From assembly GCA_963708135.1 (NCBI GenBank), contig OY970192.1:1472001-1536000 (forward strand): DNA of 64,000 nucleotides, given 5' to 3'. This document shows, piece after piece, positions 60,400-64,000 of the stretch; the stretch's first letter is position 1; every line of letters begins with the position of its first letter. The notes below the pieces were generated by a model. It had not been told where the DNA came from. It was given only the letters and a program-made list of their open reading frames with translations, and made no database searches. The stretch comes from an uncultured Gemmatimonadales bacterium. Its GTDB lineage: Bacteria; Gemmatimonadota; Gemmatimonadetes; Longimicrobiales; RSA9. A program made the translations under genes and the position numbers.

Positions 60400-61278
60400 C
60401 TAGGACCGGCTGCCTCGCACCGCCGGCTCGGGCCTGGCCTTCCGGCGGGGCGCGGTCGAGGGGAGCGCCGCGGTGGCGGGCGCCTCGCTCCGGCGCGCCC
60501 AGAGATAGGCGCCGAGAGCGATGATGAGAAGGCTGGCCACCTGCGAGGTGGAGAGGCCGAACACGATGCGGTCGCCCTTGGCGCGCACGAACTCTACCAG
60601 GAAGCGCTCGACGCCGTACAGGCCGAGATAGGCGCCGAAGAGCTGCCAGGGCCGGAGCGGGTTCTTCGACAGACGCCAGAGGATCGCGAAGATCACGAGC
60701 GCGGCCGCGATCTCGTAGAGCTGCGTGGGGTGCACCCGCACGACGGCCCAGTCGGGGACGTTGGCAGGGATGCTCCCGCCCACCGAGCGCAGGTAGCCGG
60801 CCGTGGTCGGCGGCGAGCCGTTCGGGAACGCGATGCCGACCCAGCTACGCGTCGGCAGCCCGTAATCGTCGCCCACGAGGAAGCAGCCCACCCGGCCCAC
60901 CGCGTACGCCAGGGCCAGCGCCGGCGCGGACGCGTCGAACATCGTGGCCAGCGGCAGCTTTCGGCGCCGCACCTGCCAGAAGTACATGAGCACGCCGCCG
61001 GCGAAGCCGCCGTACCAGACGAGCCCCCCACGGCTGGTGAGCTCGCCCACGGGGTCCAGCATGAGCTGGTGCCAGTGGAGCCCGAGATAGTAGAGCTTGG
61101 CGCCCACGATCCCGCCGATCGCCACCCAGGCGAGGACGTCCCACGCGATCTCCCGCTCCAAACCCCGGCGTCCGAGCTGAATGCTGAGAATCCAGGCCCC
61201 GGAGATGAAGGAGAGGAACATCATGAGCCCGAAGCTCGTGATGGTGAAGCTGCCGATTCTGAACAACGTGGGATACAT
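60400..61278 (-). CDS. lgt: Prolipoprotein diacylglyceryl transferase
   Basis: GGIVGAKLYY, GGLVWYGG, GRVGCFLVGDDYG, HPTQLYE, ERFLVEFVR. Confidence 0.95.
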   Translation of the reverse strand: MYPTLFRIGSFTITSFGLMMFLSFISGAWILSIQLGRRGLEREIAWDVLAWVAIGGIVGAKLYYLGLHWHQLMLDPVGELTSRGGLVWYGGFAGGVLMYFWQVRRRKLPLATMFDASAPALALAYAVGRVGCFLVGDDYGLPTRSWVGIAFPNGSPPTTAGYLRSVGGSIPANVPDWAVVRVHPTQLYEIAAALVIFAILWRLSKNPLRPWQLFGAYLGLYGVERFLVEFVRAKGDRIVFGLSTSQVASLLIIALGAYLWARRSEAPATAALPSTAPRRKARPEPAVRGSRS

Positions 61279-61367
61279 GGGCGCTCCCGAGGGGGCGACG
61301 ATTACGTTCGAACGACCTACTCTAGTACCACCCAGCCCGCGTACGGATCCCGCGCGCGGGCTCCCCC

Positions 61368-62066
61368 TCAGTCGGCGGGCTCGAGGTTCTCCTCCACCTC
61401 CGCCTCCGAGGGCTCGACCCCCGCGATCCGCTCCCTGAGCTGCCGGGTAGCGAGCGCGGCCACGGAGCTGATCACGGCCTTTCCGAGCTCACGCCGGAGC
61501 CCGCCGGCGAGGGTCGCGCGGCGCCTCGCCCGGCGCCGCCGCCGGATCGGGCGGGGTGCCTCGTCGTCTTCCTCCTCCTCGTCCTCGTCCCAGTCCTCCC
61601 ACTCGTCCTCGGCCTCGGCCTCGGACCCGCCGGCCGCGCCCAGCAGCCGGCCGACCAGGAAGCCCGCGCCGAGGGCGAGGCCGACGCTCGCGAGCGGGTG
61701 CTCGCGGATCGCTTCCACCACGTCGTCGCCGATGACCTCCACCGGATGCGTTCGCAGGTAGGCGCCGCCGCTCTCCATGGCATCGCCCGTACGGCCCATC
61801 GCGCGGCCGAGCTTCCGCTTCAGGCCCGCCTCCGCGGCGAGGCTCTCGCCGCGCTCCTCGAGGCGTTCGCCGAGGCTCTCCATGCCCCCCGCCACCCTCG
61901 ACTTCCCCTGCTCCAGCGCGTCGGCGGCGCGCTCCCGGAACGCGCGGTAGGCGCCATCGGATTCGCGCTCTCCGGAGGGGCCCTCCGGCTCCCCCATCCG
62001 TCCCTGGCCGGGTGGCGGCGTACCCCAGCGGGCGCCGGCGTCGTGCTCTTCGCCGCGACTCTCCAT
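61368..62066 (-). CDS. Hypothetical stress-type protein with a DUF883/ElaB-like C-terminal membrane anchor
   Basis: Amphipathic helical repeats, then IREHPLASVGLALGAGFLVGRLL; acidic and Arg-rich tail; [11 protein letters not shown]. Confidence 0.65.
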   Translation of the reverse strand: MESRGEEHDAGARWGTPPPGQGRMGEPEGPSGERESDGAYRAFRERAADALEQGKSRVAGGMESLGERLEERGESLAAEAGLKRKLGRAMGRTGDAMESGGAYLRTHPVEVIGDDVVEAIREHPLASVGLALGAGFLVGRLLGAAGGSEAEAEDEWEDWDEDEEEEDDEAPRPIRRRRRARRRATLAGGLRRELGKAVISSVAALATRQLRERIAGVEPSEAEVEENLEPAD

Positions 62067-62115
62067 GACCCCTCCTTCACTGCGGATTTCTGTCCGTTCG
62101 GAACGCCGCCGCGGG

Positions 62116-62132
62116 TGCAAGACGCATACCCC
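62116..62132 (-). promoter_or_regulatory. Sigma54-type promoter for the DUF883-like gene
   Basis: - strand GGGGTAT-GCGTC-TTGCA (GG-N10-GC). Confidence 0.55.
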
Positions 62133-62144
62133 GGGCGGCCTCTC

Positions 62145-62777
62145 TCACGGCGTGTCCGGCTGCGGCGCGGCCGGCGCCGGCGGCGGCGTCTGGCCGCTCG
62201 GGAAGTGCACCTTCGGCGGCGTCTGCACGTTGGCCGGGGCCGAGAACGGCGTCTGCTCCTTGGCGCCGATCACCCTGGCCGTGAGCGTCTGCGGGAACTG
62301 CCGGATGTAGGTGTTGTACTCGCGCACGGCGTCGTTGTAGTCGCGGCGCGCCACGGCGATGCGGTTCTCCGTCGCGGTCAGCTCGTCCTGCAGCCCCGTG
62401 AAGTTCTGGTTCGCCCGCAGCTGGGGGTAGGCCTCGACCGAGACGCTGAGGAACGTGCGCAGATTGCTCGTGAGGGCGGCGCTCGCCTGCCCCAGCTCAT
62501 CGGCGCCGGCCTTCGACTGCACGGCGCTGGCCACGCGCTGGCGGGCCTGGTCGAGCCCGGAGCGCGCCTCCGCCACCTGCGTGTACGTCTGCTTCTCGAA
62601 CTGCGCCGCGCCCTGCACCGTCGCCACCAGGTTCGGGATCAGGTCGTTCCGCCGCAACAGCTCGGTGTCGATGTTGGCACGGGTCTGCTTGACCTGCTCG
62701 TCCAGCGACTGGATGCGGTTGTAGCCGCAGCCGGCCAGGAGCACGAGCAGCGGCGCCCACAGAAGGTGACGCTTCAT
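62145..62777 (-). CDS. lemA: LemA family protein (lipoprotein)
   Basis: LAGCGYN, RRNDLIPNLV, EAYPQLRANQNF, ENRIAVARRDYN. Confidence 0.94.
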   Translation of the reverse strand: MKRHLLWAPLLVLLAGCGYNRIQSLDEQVKQTRANIDTELLRRNDLIPNLVATVQGAAQFEKQTYTQVAEARSGLDQARQRVASAVQSKAGADELGQASAALTSNLRTFLSVSVEAYPQLRANQNFTGLQDELTATENRIAVARRDYNDAVREYNTYIRQFPQTLTARVIGAKEQTPFSAPANVQTPPKVHFPSGQTPPPAPAAPQPDTP

Positions 62778-63502
62778 CACACCTCTCCCTCGTCCAGGGT
62801 GTCCACGTATCGGATGGCCCGCTCGACTCCCGCGTGGTACGCCGCCACCAGCGCCGCGTCGGGCTCGAACCGGGCCGGCAGGCCGCGTGCCTTCCAGGCG
62901 CGCAGGAAAGGCGCGGCATCGAAGCCGGCGAGCGCCGCCGCGGCGGCGATGACTTCCTCCGTCGCCGCCGGCGGCGTGCCGCCGGCCAGGCGCAGCAAGG
63001 TCCGGAAGTAGGTGGTGAAGGACGGCAGCGCCGCGAGCAGCAGCCGGCCCCGCTCCGCGTCGCGCTCGCCGGTAACCATGAGCCCCGCGCGCAGCTGGAC
63101 CAGCTTGCCGCGCAGCTCGCGCTCCGCCTGCAGCCGCAGCGCGGGCAGATCGGGCGGGACGCCGTCCAGGGGATCGTCGCCCTTCAACACCGCGCGCGCG
63201 TCGCGCATGTCCGCCGCCTCGATCGCGAACGCATCCGATGCCGCGTGCCATTCGTCCCACGCCATGAGCAGCGGTGCGGTGTTGCCCGCCTCGACCCAGC
63301 GTCGGACGAGCGATCCCGCGAGCTTCAGCGCCGCCGGATCGACGCGGTCCAGGAGCACCAGCACGTTGACATCGCTGACCTCCGGCACCGCCTCCCCCCG
63401 CGCCACGCTGCCGTGCAGCAGCACGCTCCGCAGCCGCGGGCCGTACAGCGCCGCGAGCTCTTCCGCGAACCGCTCGGCGTTCTGCCTCGCACCCGTCACC
63501 AT
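62777..63502 (-). CDS. Nucleotidyltransferase-fold protein
   Basis: LRSVLLHGSVARGE....SDVNVLVLL pol-beta-type motif followed by a helical C-terminal domain. Confidence 0.78.
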   Translation of the reverse strand: MVTGARQNAERFAEELAALYGPRLRSVLLHGSVARGEAVPEVSDVNVLVLLDRVDPAALKLAGSLVRRWVEAGNTAPLLMAWDEWHAASDAFAIEAADMRDARAVLKGDDPLDGVPPDLPALRLQAERELRGKLVQLRAGLMVTGERDAERGRLLLAALPSFTTYFRTLLRLAGGTPPAATEEVIAAAAALAGFDAAPFLRAWKARGLPARFEPDAALVAAYHAGVERAIRYVDTLDEGEV

Positions 63503-63512
63503 GCCGGCCTCC

Positions 63513-64000
63513 TCACCAGCTGCGTCCCGCGCCACCGCCCCCGAATCCGCCGCCGCCCCCGAACCCGCCGAACCCGCCCCCACCGCCGCCGAATCCACCC
63601 ATCCCACCGCCGAATCCGCCCCAGCCGCCGCGGTGCGAGCCGCCCATCGGGAACGGCAGGATGATCGGCCCGCGCCAGCGGCGCCCGCCCGGGCCGCCGC
63701 CGCCCCGCCCGCCGCCGCGGAACGAGCCCAGGATGACGAGGGCGATGATCACCCAGAAGATGATCGAGCCGACCGTGCCGGTGCCGCCCCCATGAGCCCC
63801 CTCCGGCGGCGGCGGCGGCACGGCGCCGGTGAGCTCGAAGCCGAACTCCCGCGCGTACAGCCCCGCCACCGCCGCCACGCCCTGGAGGAGGCCCTGCCCG
63901 TAGTCGCGCTTCCTGAGCTCCGGGATCACCGACTGGTCGAGGATCCGGCCCGCCTGCGCGGCGGTGATGAACGCCGTCGTGCCGATTCCCGTCTCGATCT
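63513..64000 (-). CDS. TPM domain (YgcG-like) membrane protein, partial (5' end outside the window)
   Basis: IETGIG...AGRILD..IPELRKRDYGQGL, one TM helix, Gly-rich tail ending GGFGGGGAGRSW. Confidence 0.88.
   Translation of the reverse strand, partial: IETGIGTTAFITAAQAGRILDQSVIPELRKRDYGQGLLQGVAAVAGLYAREFGFELTGAVPPPPPEGAHGGGTGTVGSIIFWVIIALVILGSFRGGGRGGGGPGGRRWRGPIILPFPMGGSHRGGWGGFGGGMGGFGGGGGGFGGFGGGGGFGGGGAGRSW

Noticed and set aside
61305..61314. Palindrome CGTTCGAACG upstream of lgt (similar CGTTCGGAACG near 62095) as an SOS box
   Set aside because: It does not fit GAAC-N4-GTTC or CTGT-N8-ACAG, and is too short to support an operator call.
63513..63720. GGC/GGT-rich repeats as a DNA repeat element
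   Set aside because: They simply encode the Gly-rich tail typical of TPM-domain proteins.

Overview
GC-rich diderm bacterial chromosome segment. Gene content and order suggest Gemmatimonadota, which is an inference. The window appears to span the replication terminus: a 28-bp dif site lies at 34336-34363, KOPS-like GGGNAGGG octamers converge on it, all 35 genes called to its left are on +, and 15 of 20 genes beyond 37.9 kb are on -. The left arm is core housekeeping. It carries ndk, yceD-rpmF-plsX-fabHDG-acpP-fabF, futalosine-pathway mqnE/mqnC, ispF, dedA, xerD, a glutamine amidotransferase and an outer-membrane protein. These are followed by a ~20 kb tightly overlapping block, kdsB-pyrG-kdsACD-lptCAB-rpoN, running into a glycosylation cluster (GT2, methyltransferase, wecB, GT4, YfhO-like GT-C, methyltransferase, flippase-like protein, polyprenol-P-mannose synthase) and plsC. 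ku-ligD (NHEJ) begins 50 bp after dif. The right arm carries a TPR protein, a PQQ dehydrogenase, tamA/tamB-like genes, GntR, a GWxTD-like protein, a stress-type cluster (ASRT, enolase-superfamily enzyme, FAD/Fe-S oxidoreductase, frameshifted SDR, GH15), udg, lgt, lemA, a nucleotidyltransferase and a partial TPM gene. Five signals stand out. (1) Exported proteins are strongly enriched in the Bacteroidota O-glycosylation sequon D-[ST]-[AILVMT], including a 7x21-bp tandem repeat encoding it, next to a candidate polyprenol-P-Man/flippase/GT-C transfer system. (2) The NHEJ genes abut dif. (3) The Lpt proteins are atypical. (4) Five sigma54-type promoters are visible. (5) dedA has a probable ATT start, and several genes appear to be leaderless. 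All calls were made by eye; no database searches were run.
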